From Carcharhinus amblyrhynchos (taxonomy: Eukaryota), in contig OZ336880.1 of the NCBI GenBank assembly GCA_965287045.1, positions 40,858,001 to 40,922,000 of the forward strand: a DNA stretch of 64,000 bases. Direction: 5' to 3'. Both the position numbers and the translations under genes were made by a program. This document shows, one piece after another, positions 38,101 through 50,100 of the stretch; within the stretch, counting starts at the first letter, position 1, and each line of letters starts with the position of its first letter. The notes beneath the pieces were generated by a model. It saw nothing but the letters and a program-made list of their open reading frames with translations, did no database searches and was not told the origin of the DNA.

Positions 38101-41100
38101 AAATTCCGTCTTTGACCAGTTTGAAAACTTTGCTTTGGTTTGTTACATGCTTTTCTCTTGTTGTCACTCTTAATGTTACTATTGAGCTTTGTGCTATCTT
38201 CCTTTGCTCTTTTATATGCTGCATATATTTCATTGACAGTGATTTAATTCTCTCCCCTGGAAACAGGATAGGGATGATTTGGAGATGCCAGCGTTGGACT
38301 GGGGTAAGCACAGTAAGAAGTCTCACAACACCAGGTTAAACCTGTTGGACTTTAACCTGATGTTGTGAGAGTTCTTACTGTAACAGGATAGGAGGCAGGA
38401 GACCCATTTAACTGCATAAGAAAGTGCAGGTTGGAAACCACTTTGTCTTTTTGTGTCATCCCAATTAAGTCTGGAGAAGAAAAGCCTGAAGACAGCCTTC
38501 CCTCCTGAAAGGCCCTTGTGTGACTATTTCCAGGCCTAATCGCCCTGCCATTGTTATTTAACCAGCAATAAACAGCAGCCACAACATGTTTATTTGTGTT
38601 GTGGTTCACGAGGTAACCCTGCCAGATATCTTGTAGTCTGATGGAACTGGGGTCCCTGGAATCACTTCTATTTGGGCAGCCCCTTCCCAATGGAGATAAC
38701 TGCTTGAGGCATGGGCCATGTACCCCACCCACCTATACTAACCCCCCTCCACCATCCCACAGAGGAACGTCCCAGTGAACCTTCCCCATTTACCTTGTTC
38801 CTGGGGCTTCTTTGCTGAACCTCTGCCTGGACCTCCTGTGATAGCAGCGGCCAGTGTTCCTGGTGGCAAAAAACTAGTGCTCCTCTGATTAGCTGACAGC
38901 ACTCGGGGGGTGGGGGGGTGTGGGAATTCCTTCTGAGGACAGTGGACAGCCCAGGCCCAACTCAGATCCAGTGCCTGAATGGTAGTACATTGGGCTTGAG
39001 GAGTAGAGCATGGAAATATCACAGTAGGGTTGCCACCAGCTCTCCCAAGGGGAGGCAGGCACCACTGCTCCGAGCATTAAATTTTGCCTATTTTCCTTTA
39101 TATGTTGCATGAATTTATTCCTGCCTTTTACTCTTGCAATGAAATTTACCACATTTTCTTCTCTAGAACCTCCATATTTCATTAAGAAGTTAGATCCTGC
39201 AGCAATATTTAAAAGAGGAGAAACAGCAATTTTTGAGTGCAAAGTAACTGGCACACCTGAAATCAAAATTTCTTGGTTCAAGCATTATCGTGAGATTCAT
39301 GCTACTGAAAAATACAAGATGTCATTTGTTGATTCTGTGGCAATCCTTAAAATCACTGATATAAGCCTGGATGACAGTGGGGATTATTTCTGTAAAGCAC
39401 AAAATGAAGCTGGCAGTGAATCTTGTGAGATTAAAGTTGCAGTGAAAGGTTTGTAAAAAATTCTGGTTACATTTTCCATTATAAGTAAATTAGCCTTTCT
39501 GGAAGTGTTGCAAGTTCCTATTGTACATCTACGGAATATGTGGGAATCTTGACTTAGCAACCTAGTTTCTTGTATCTTTTCAATTATGGAGTAGAAATTA
39601 ATTCTGTGCGGAAAGCTGGCAGGTGGAGACAATGTACACATTTTTGTCGGAAGCCGGGAAGATTTTATCTCGTACTAGCTATTCAGTCACTTGCTGCCTG
39701 AACTGTGCCAAGATTTCCACTTGTTGGTGGTGTTCCTATCAAAATCCAGTGGATGCCTCACTCACTGCCAAAGTCAGTGGGAAATGTCAAGAAAATGGAA
39801 ATGTGCCTGTCTGTTAACAACTCCCCCATTACTTCTGATGGGGTTCATTAAAGTTCCCCTTCTATTATTTTATCCTCGTTACAATCATTTACATCAATTT
39901 GATTTGATGTGGATTGTTGGTGCTTTTGAAACCTGTCATACAATCATAGAATCCTACAGTGCAGAAGGAGGCCTTTTTGCCCACTGAGTCTGCACTGCCT
40001 ATAATCCCACCTAGGCCCAATTCCCATAACCCATGCATTTAGCCTCACTAGTCCCCCTGACACTAAGGGGAAATTTAGCATGGTCAGTTTATCTAACCTG
40101 CACATCTTTGGATGAGACTGAATTATAAAGTAAGTGTGAGGTTCATTTATTTTAAACTATTTGGTGCTCTTTAGTTGTCATGTTGGCACAGTGCTTAGCA
40201 CTGCTGTCTCACAGCACCAGGGACCTGGGTTCAATTCTAGCCTTGGGTGACTGTGTGGAGTTTGCATGTGCTCTCCGTGTTTGCATGGGTTTTTTTCCAG
40301 GTATTCCGCTTTCCTCCCACACTTCAAAGATATGCAGGTTAGGTGGATTGGCCATGCTAAATTGCCCCTTAGTATCCCAAGGTATGTAGATTAGGGGAAT
40401 TAATGGGTAAGTATGTGAGATTACAAGAATAAGGTCAGGATGGGATGCTGTGTTGGAGAGTTGGTGCAGACTTGATGGGCCAAATGACCTCTTCCTTCCC
40501 TGTAAGGATTCTATGACTAATCTGCATTAAACATTAACCGAAGCAGAAAATGTCCATGTTGGTTTATTTTCCATAATTATTCATCGGACATTTTACTGAA
40601 AATCGGTTGAGAATTTTTAGTATCAGGGAGTCACTTTGCAGAACTTGGATTTTAGGAGCAAGTAATTTGTAAATCATGTTGTGTGTTTATTTTCATAGAA
40701 CCTCCCACATTTACGAAGAAGTTTGAACCAGTTGAGGTAGTAAAATCAACTGATGTTACTCTTGAATGTGAGGTGGCTGGTTCAGGTCCCTTTGAAGTTC
40801 TGTGGTGTAAGGACAATAAACACATTCGACGCAGTAAAAAATACAAAATGATCTCTGATGCTTCTTTAGTCAGTCTTTGCATTCTAACGTCTGATAGCTC
40901 AGATGTTGGTGAATACACATGTACGGTAAAAAATGATGTTGGGAGTTGCTCCTGCAGTTCTACAGTCAGTTTGAAAGGTTAGTGGCAATCCAGTTCTCCT
41001 TAGTAATTTATGTGGATGTAGTGTGGTATCTGCATGTTGTAATTTTCCTGTATCCCATTACTGAATGGCTTGAAACATAAAACATTTAATAATTAAACAT

Positions 41101-44100
41101 TCATTGATTACGTATAAGTTATAACAGGTCATATTCTCTTTACTTTGAACCAGAGAGACCAACCTTCGTGCAAACAATAGAAAATGCAACAGTATTTTCT
41201 GGAAATCCTGCTGTATTTCAATGTCTTGTAAAGGGCTCAGTTCCAATAACTACAAGCTGGAAAAAAGATGGCAAACGTGTTAAAGAAGCTGATAATGTAA
41301 AAATGTCCTTTGAAAACAATGTTGCCACATTGCAGATTATTAAAGTTGAAGAAAAAGACAGTGGAAGTTATATGTGTCAGGCAAAGAATGACGCAGGAAC
41401 TGCAAAATGCGTTGCTGCATTGGCCGTAATGGGTTAGTAGCAAGTAATAAACACCGGTGTTGTTCACAAGCTGTTGATCTCAGTTTCATGACATTTAATT
41501 TTCTTCATAAAATTATTTTTAGATTTATACATTAATTTTGTGACCATCCAAGTTACCAATGTTATAACTGGCACTGGGAACATTTTCCACGTGGAACAGT
41601 TATTATTAGAAACAAACACTCAAATATGGCACTATTAAATACGAGATATGGTTCCTCAACCATGCCCCCTTAACATATCTCTGATAAACTCTTGGAAGAG
41701 TTCTTCCACTTCATCCATGTGACTTTTGTCCATTAACCTCATCATCAATGTTGTGGCATCTCTAAATGAGATTGTTGACTTAATCCCCAGATGGGGACAG
41801 TTTTGCCATATGAGCACAAACCATTGTGAGCTCTATGGAGACCATGCAAAGGCATTTCACATGAAACACATACAGAAAGATTGACTGACATTGCAGAATT
41901 TTTACCAGATCGACCCTAATTTTGCGTCACCAAACCCATTGTACAGGCATCTCTCACCAAAATGTCTTAAAGTAGCAATCTTTGCACCAATAATGTACAG
42001 TTCCCCTGATGCAAATAATCTAACTCTTCCTGCAGAACCTGCGAATATCATAGAAAAAACAGAGCAACTCACTGTGTCTTCAGGAAACCCAGCCATTTTG
42101 GAATGTACTGTAGCTGGTACACCAGAGTTAAGCGTTGTGTGGTTCAAAAATGGAAAGCAACTGGAATCAAATAAAAAATATAAAATGAGTTTTGTGGATA
42201 AGGTGGCCAGTCTAAAAATTCTGTCTGGTGAAATGGATGACAGTGCTGACTATACTTTTAAAGTTCAGAATGAGTTTGGAGCCGACAGCTGCGATATTTC
42301 TTTGACAGTATTAGGTCAGTGATTAATTTGTATTGAAAGCTTTGATTTCATGAAGCAATTATTTTAAAACCAAATCTTATCACCAAGTTTGAAACAATTG
42401 ACTTCTTAAAATCATTTTGTTCTTTTTCTTTCCTTTGTACTGGACAGAACAAATAATTGCTCCATTGTTTACAAGGAAATTAAAGGAAATGAGTAGTATT
42501 TTAGGATCTTTTGTACGAATGGAATGCAAAGTTTCTGGTTCTATTCCCATGGACGTTACTTGGTATAAAGAGGGCAACAAAATATCGGCTAGTAACAAAT
42601 ACAAGATGTTATTTCAAGACAATATGCTGTCTTTAGAAGTCAATGAGTTAGACATTTCAGATGGTGGATATTATACTTGCAAAGTGGCAAATTCAGCAGG
42701 AAAGGATGAATGCAGTGCTGTCTTAAGTATAAAAGGTTTGAAAAATTGCTTTGTCACATTTCCTTCTTATTGATCGTCTAAGAAATGTTTCTTTCTTTAT
42801 CAAAATAGCCAATTGATTATTCTTCACTTCAATACCGAAGTAACTAAATAAACCTATCAAATTTCATTTTGCTAAGTTCTTAAATATTAGCATGTACTAT
42901 TCATAAAATTGTCTTCAACCTGATCATTTCTAGTAGTTTCCATATACGTGAGTTAATTAAATGTGTTCTTTCTTGTGTGAATTTTAGAGCCCCCAAGCTT
43001 TACAGAAAAAATAACATCGCAAGATGTTGTACTTGGTTCTACAGTACAGTTTAGAACTGTTGTGAAAGGAAGCACACCATTATCTACAAAATGGCTTAAA
43101 GGGGACAGGGAACTGATGCATGGTGTGGCATATTCTATTTGGAATGAAGGCTCAACATACTTGTTGGAGTTGGTTTCAGCTAAAATATCTGACGCAGGTG
43201 TTTACACCTGCCAAGTCAGCAACGATATTGGTACAGTTGCCTGCTCCGCAGAATTGTTTGTGAAAGGTGTGCATTTTTTATTGAAATACTGTTTTGTACT
43301 ATACTGCTTTTTCTTTTTAGCTCTTTTAATAGCTTAGAACTATCGATTTGTTTTCTTGATATTAGATCAGCTCTCATGGTAGGTCTTTACACTGCCAACC
43401 ATGGAGAGGGAGAAGTGACAATTACCCAGCATCAGTAAATTTGGGCTGATACTCAGACTTGATATTCCTCATTTGGAATCTCTGCATTAATGGTTTGATG
43501 AAGCATCATATAATTTGTTCTGAGTTTAAGGAAGAACAGGCAAAACAAAAGTCATACATCAAATTGATTTGCATCTTAAAATGACAGCGATGGACAAGTT
43601 TGGGAAGGTTTAAAGTCTAGAATGCCCCACCCTCCCAAAATGAAGAATAAGCATTATGGTGGAGGCACTAATGAGAATAACTGATAGAATAAAGGAAATT
43701 TGTACACAGTTGTAAAGGAGAATTAAAGTATAATAATTTATTTATAAATTGTAAATGTGCATTTTAAATGTATTCTCACTAATTACTTATACCTAAATGT
43801 TAGTTGGAGTTGCTTTTGATTATTCTTTAAATTTACTGTGACATTTATTTGGCTTCCAGAACCACCTAGCTTCATCAAAAAACTAAACACTTCAGCAATA
43901 TTAAAGAAAGGAGTCACAGCACATTTTGAGTGCATTATAACTGGCACACCTGAAATCAAAGTCACTTGGTACAAACATGGCCAGGAAATTATAGCCAGTA
44001 AGAAATGTATGATGTCATTTGATGGTTCTGTGGCAGTTCTTGAAATTTTTGATGTTATGGTGGATGACAGTACATGCTACATATGTGAAGCAAGAAATGA

Positions 44101-47100
44101 AGCTGGTAGTATCAGCTGCAGCTCTGAGGTTGAAGTTAAAGGTCTGTACTAATGCTTCCTTGATTCGGTAACAAAATATGTACTGCAGTTTCTTGAGCAA
44201 GGTTTCTATTAGTTTCTGCACTTCAGTTGATCTGGATTTCTTCACTGTGATTACTTTATAGAACCTCCCAGTTTTAGAAGGAAACTTCAGAACGCTGAGA
44301 TAGTTAAAACCAGTGATATCACCCTTGATTGTGAGGTGGTTGGAACAGGTCCTTTTGAAGTTCTGTGGTATAAGGACAATAAACAAATTCATCGCAGCAA
44401 AAAATACAAAATGATCTCTGACAATTGTTTAGCCAGTCTCTGCATTCTAACATCCGATACCTCTGATATAGGCGAATACACATGTACAGTAAAAAATGAT
44501 GTGGGGAGTTGTTCCTGCAGTTCCATAATCAGCCTGAAAGGTTAGTCGTAGCATGTTGTCAGAAAATAATTTTTTTCACTGTTAGTAGTGCTATTTTAGT
44601 TGTCTTGTTCTCCATTGGAAAAGTAATCGCTAAGATCTTTGTAGAAGCATTCTACCTTTATATGTTGAAGCATTGTTAGAAAAAAAAATGAAAGACTGAA
44701 ATATATTCACATTGCCATTTGCTTTGAACCAGAACCCCCAGGATTTATAAAGACGATTGAAAATGTCACAACATTGTCAGGGAATTCTATTGCGTTCCAA
44801 TGTCTAGTAAGAGGCTCAACACCTATTCATGTAACTTGGAAGAAAGACAATGTTGGTGTCAAAGAAGATGGCAATATTAAGCTGTCTTTTGAAAATAGTC
44901 TTGCTGCTCTTCAGATAAATACTGTTGGAGAAAACCATGCTGGGAATTATACATGTCATATTAAAAATGATGCAGGAACTGAGAGGTGTTTTGCCACCTT
45001 GTTAGTAGCAGGTCAGTGCCACGTTAGTTGTATGGTACTTTCCATTTCAAACTTTTTACCAACTGCAAATAAATTCAGATTCCTTGTCATGCATCATAGA
45101 GCTCATAGCAGTAATATATTGAAGAGATCTTTTTCTCCTTCATAGAACCAGCCAAAATCACAGAACAAGCGCAGTCAATCAGTGTGACTGCAGGGAATCC
45201 AGCAAGCTTGGAATGTACTGTGGCTGGTACACCAGAACTAAAAGTTAAATGCTTTAAGGATGGTAATGAAATGGCACCTAGCAAAAAACACAAATTCAGC
45301 TTCGAGAATAACGTGGTCAGCTTAAAATTTCCTTCCGTTTCTGATGATGATACTGCTGAATATACTTTTGAGGTCAAGAATGAGTTTGGCACCAGCACCT
45401 GTAAAGCTTCAGTGTCTGTATTAGGTTTGTGTTTGATTTACATTTAAAATTTGATTAATTTAAATATCCAGCACAATTTAAAAGCTTTGCTTTCAAATAA
45501 GTTGACCATAAACATATATAATGGATTCCATGGTATATTTTTTCTTATTGAGACCCAGTAATGATAAGAATATCCAAATCAACTAATTTTAAAAACATCT
45601 TGTTTTCAATGGACTTTGAAGTATATGTCCTTGTAAAGCTGAAAATTAAACTGTTGAAATCATCCCTACTTATTAAAAACAATCATGGTTGATTTGATTG
45701 ATGTAAAGCTTTCGGAAATATTTATTCTAAATTGACTGCTGTGCTTTTGTTACCTTATCTTGAACAGATCAAATTATTCCCCCATTGTTTACAAGAAAAT
45801 TACGGGATTTGGATGCTGTTTTAGGATCTTTCATTATTATGGAATGCAAACTTGCTGGATCTCTTCCAATGAGCTTTACATGGTATAAGGATTTCAAAGT
45901 AATAACATCTGGTGAAAAATACCAAGTATTATGTCAAGATAGCGCAACAACACTGCAAGTTAATGATCTAGAGTTTTCTGATCACGGCACTTACATTTGC
46001 AAAGCGACAAATTCAGTGGGGAGCGATGAATGTAGTGGAGTCTTAAACATAACAGGTTTGAAAGATGAACGTGCTTTACAATTCCTATTCTAGCTTTTGT
46101 ATTTACCTTCACTTGTTCAGTTTCTGATTTTTCCTCAGTGCCCTGAAAATGTAAACTAAATACTAAAGGGATTCCATTTTTCTTTCCACCTGAATTTTAG
46201 AACCACCAAGTTTTACGGAAAAGCCTGTAGCCCAGCAAACTCTACCTGGTTCCACAGTGCAGTTTAGAAGTGTTGTGAAAGGAACTGCTCCACTTTCTAT
46301 AAAGTGGCTGAAAGATGGCAGGGAGCTGATGTCTGGAGCTGACTGTTTCATTTTAAATGAAGGTTCAACAAGTTTACTCGAGTTGCTTTCAGCTAAAGCG
46401 TCTGATTTGGGTGACTATACTTGTGAAGTCAGCAACAAAGTTGGCAGTGCCACTTGTACAGCAAGTCTGTTTGTCAAAGGTGTGTATTTTAGGTTCAGTT
46501 GTTAAACCATTGTGGAACACTTAAAAGTTCTGATTTCACCCAGTTTGAAAATTTTGCATGTCTGCAGTTATTTTTCTTTGGTTTGTTATGTGCCTTTCTC
46601 TTGTTTGTTACTTTCAATGTTACTATTGTTTGTGTGTCGTTTTTCTTTATTTCTTCATGTTCATAGGCGTTGATTTTATGTTGTCCCTACTTGTTGCTGC
46701 ATTTTTACTGTTGTAATGAAGTTTACTACGTTCTCTTCTCTAGAACCTCCATATTTCATTAAGAAGTTAGATTCTGCAGCAATATTTAAAAGAGGAGAGA
46801 CAGCAAGTTTTGAGTGCAAAGTTACTGGCACGCCTGAAATCAAAGTCTCTTGGTTCAGGAACCACCGTGAGATTAGTGCCAATGAAAAATACAGAATGTC
46901 ATTTATTGATTCTGTGGCAGTCTTTGAGATTGTCAATGTAAACCTGGAGGACAGTGGGAATTATTCTTGTAAAGCACAAAATGAAGCTGGCAGTGAATCT
47001 TGCGAGATTAAAGTTGCAGTGAAAGGTTTGTAAAAAATTCTGGTTACATTTCTGTCAGAAGTAAATTAGTCTTTCTGAAAATGTTGCAAGTTCCTTTTGT

Positions 47101-50100
47101 GCACATTTGGAATAGTTGCAAATCTTGAATTTTTAGCAGCCTAGTTTTATTGCTTCATTTCAATTGTGGAATAGAAATTAATTCTGTGCGGGAATCTGGC
47201 AAATGTAAACTATGGCAGTGTTTCTTCGCTGAGGGCCCAGGGAGACTTTTGCCAGAATTCACCTACCACGGATTCGGAGCGAGTGAGAGGTGGATAACAG
47301 AAATGTCCGTTGACCTCAGGTGGAATTTCCAGTCTCACTCGAGTGAGGCCATAAAATTGTTCCCCTTAACTTTTGGATCTGATTTGATTGTGGCCATTTG
47401 ATTGTTTGGAGCAGTAAGCGACAACTGGCTTCCTGTGACAAGGCATTAGGTGGGGGAAGATAGACACTGTGGAGCAATGGTTGTGAGGTGTGTTACATCT
47501 GGCATCTGACACTGGGAAATGCCAGATAGCATCAGCAAGATAAACCTAGGAGGAAGACTCTGTGAGATTCTCAGACTCCCTGAGAGATTCTCTGCTGAAG
47601 GGCGAATCCAAGAGCAAAGACTACAGATTTTCTTTCTGAGGCCACAAGATGTTTCTATTATGGAATCGCTTTTGGTTTATCTCGAAAATGCTGCTATTTT
47701 CCTGACAACTTAACCTGGAGAATGGCCATTGGAGGCATTCCGCATCATCCTCAAAAGAAAAATAAAATTCCCATTTGGGTCCCATGCATATAATTGAATT
47801 CCAATTTTGTTTATCGGTCAGATTTCAGCTACAGTCCAATACACATTTTTCTCCACCCAAGGGATTGGTGTTAAAAATGGGGAACTGGCAAGAGCGAACC
47901 TGGAAATGAAGATGTTCGATTTTAACTGCTCCCTTCTTTCCTGTTGATGGGGCACAGGGAAAACTCTCTGTAATCGCATCTGGGAAAATTTGTAAACATT
48001 GAGGATTAATAACATCATTGAAGATTGTCCAATTGGATATAAAAACAAGCGTAAAAGCGTATTTGAATAATTCAGTGATAGCTGAAAGAGAAACTAGCCG
48101 GATGTTGGTTTGTCTCGTGCATTAGCCATTGCTCTTTAAAAATGAATCTCAATTCTTTATGTCATTTATAATTTTTGGAAGTCAACTTGCTAAACCTGAA
48201 ATATATAAATCATGTTATCGTCTTTACTCTTTAGAACCTCCCACATTTATGAAGAAGCTTGAACCACTTGAGGTAGTAAAATCCACTGATTTCACTCTTG
48301 AATGTGAGGTGGCCGGTTCAAGTCCGTTTGAAATTGTGTGGTATAAAGACAATAAACAAATTCGACACAGTAAAAAATACAAAATGATTACTGATATTTC
48401 TTTAGTCAGTCTTTGCATTCTAACGTCTGACAGCTCAGATGTTGGTGAATACAAGTGTACGGTAAAAAATGATGTTGGGAGTTGCTCCTGCAGTTCTACA
48501 GTCAGTTTGAAAGGTTAGTGGCAATCCAGTTCCCCTCAGTAATTTTAACTGGATATTTGTTATTATGTTCTTAAGAAGCATTATTGAATACCTTGAAATA
48601 ATTTTTAATCATTGGCTGTGTAATTATAAAATGTAACAGGTTATATTCTCTTTACTTTGAACCAGAGAGACCAACCTTCATACAAACAATAGAAAATGCA
48701 ACAGTATTTTCTGGAAATCCTGCTGTATTTCAATGTCTTGTAAAGGGCTCAGTTCCAATAACTACAAGCTGGAAAAAAGATGGCAAACATGTCACGGAAG
48801 ATGATAATGTAAAAATGTCCTTTGAAAACAATGTTGCCATGTTGCAGATTATTAAGGTTGAAGAAAAAGATGGTGGATATTATATATGTCAGGCAAAGAA
48901 TGACGCAGGAACTGCAAAATGCTTTGCTACTTTGGCAGTATTGGGTTAGTAACAAGTCATAAGTACAAATCATTATCCAAAAGTTCTCAATTTATAATAT
49001 ATACCCCTCCAAGCAAAGTTATTTTAATATCAAAATTAAAAATGACAATGAGAACATTTTCCATGCTGAGGATCCATCTTCAGGAACAATAGTTTCCCTT
49101 GATTATTGCCAAAGGTATGACTCTGGCAAATACTTGGAAGAGTACTTCCACTCCATCCCAGTGGCTTAATTGAATTTTCCTCATCATCTGTTTTATGAGC
49201 TCTGTCAACGAGATTGTTAATATAATGCCAGAATGGGGCAATAGCTCTCCATTGAACACAAACCTATTAGGAGTTGATTTGAAGCCGCCCAAACTCATTT
49301 CACATGGATCACCTACAGTCCTCATGCAGACTGACACCCCTATTGTAGCAGCCTTTACTGGATTTAAACCCAACCCATGAGTTATCAAATCAATTCTACA
49401 TGTTGCTGTGCTCATGTTAATTTCTTAACGTAGAAATCCTAACACAATTATTGCATAGTTCTCCTGATGGAAATGGTCTAATTTCTCCAACAGAATCTGC
49501 GAATATCATAGAAAAGACTGAGTCATTTACAGTGTCTTCAGGAGACCCAGCCATTTTGGAATGTACTGTAGCTGGCACACCAGAGTTAAGTGTTGCATGG
49601 TTCAAAAATGGAAAGCAACTGGAAGCAAATAGAAAATATAAAATGAGTTTTGTGAATAAGGTGGCCAGTCTAAAAATTCTGTCTGCTGAAATGGATGACA
49701 GTGCTGACTATACTTTTAAAGTTCAGAATGAGTTTGGAGCCAAAAGTTGTGATATTTCTTTGACAGTATTAGGTCAGTGATTAATTTGTATTGAAAACTT
49801 TGATTTCATGAAGCAATTATTTTGAAAACCAAATCTTATCACAAAGTTTAAAATAATGGACACGTTTTAATTGATCTTTGTGATTTTTCCCTCCCCTGTA
49901 TTGGACAGAACAAATAATTGCTCCATTGTTTACAAGGAAGTTAAAGGAAATGAGCAATACTTTAGGATCTTTTGTACGAATGGAATGCAAAGTTTCTGGT
50001 TCTATGCCCATGGAAGTTACTTGGTATAAAGAGGGCCGCGAAATATCAGCTAGTGACAAATACAAGATCTTATTTCAAGACAATATGCTGTCTTTAGAAG

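Noticed and set aside
2807-40517. tRNA-like A/B boxes
   Set aside because: SINE heads, not tRNA genes; no complete cloverleaf and they continue into SINE bodies
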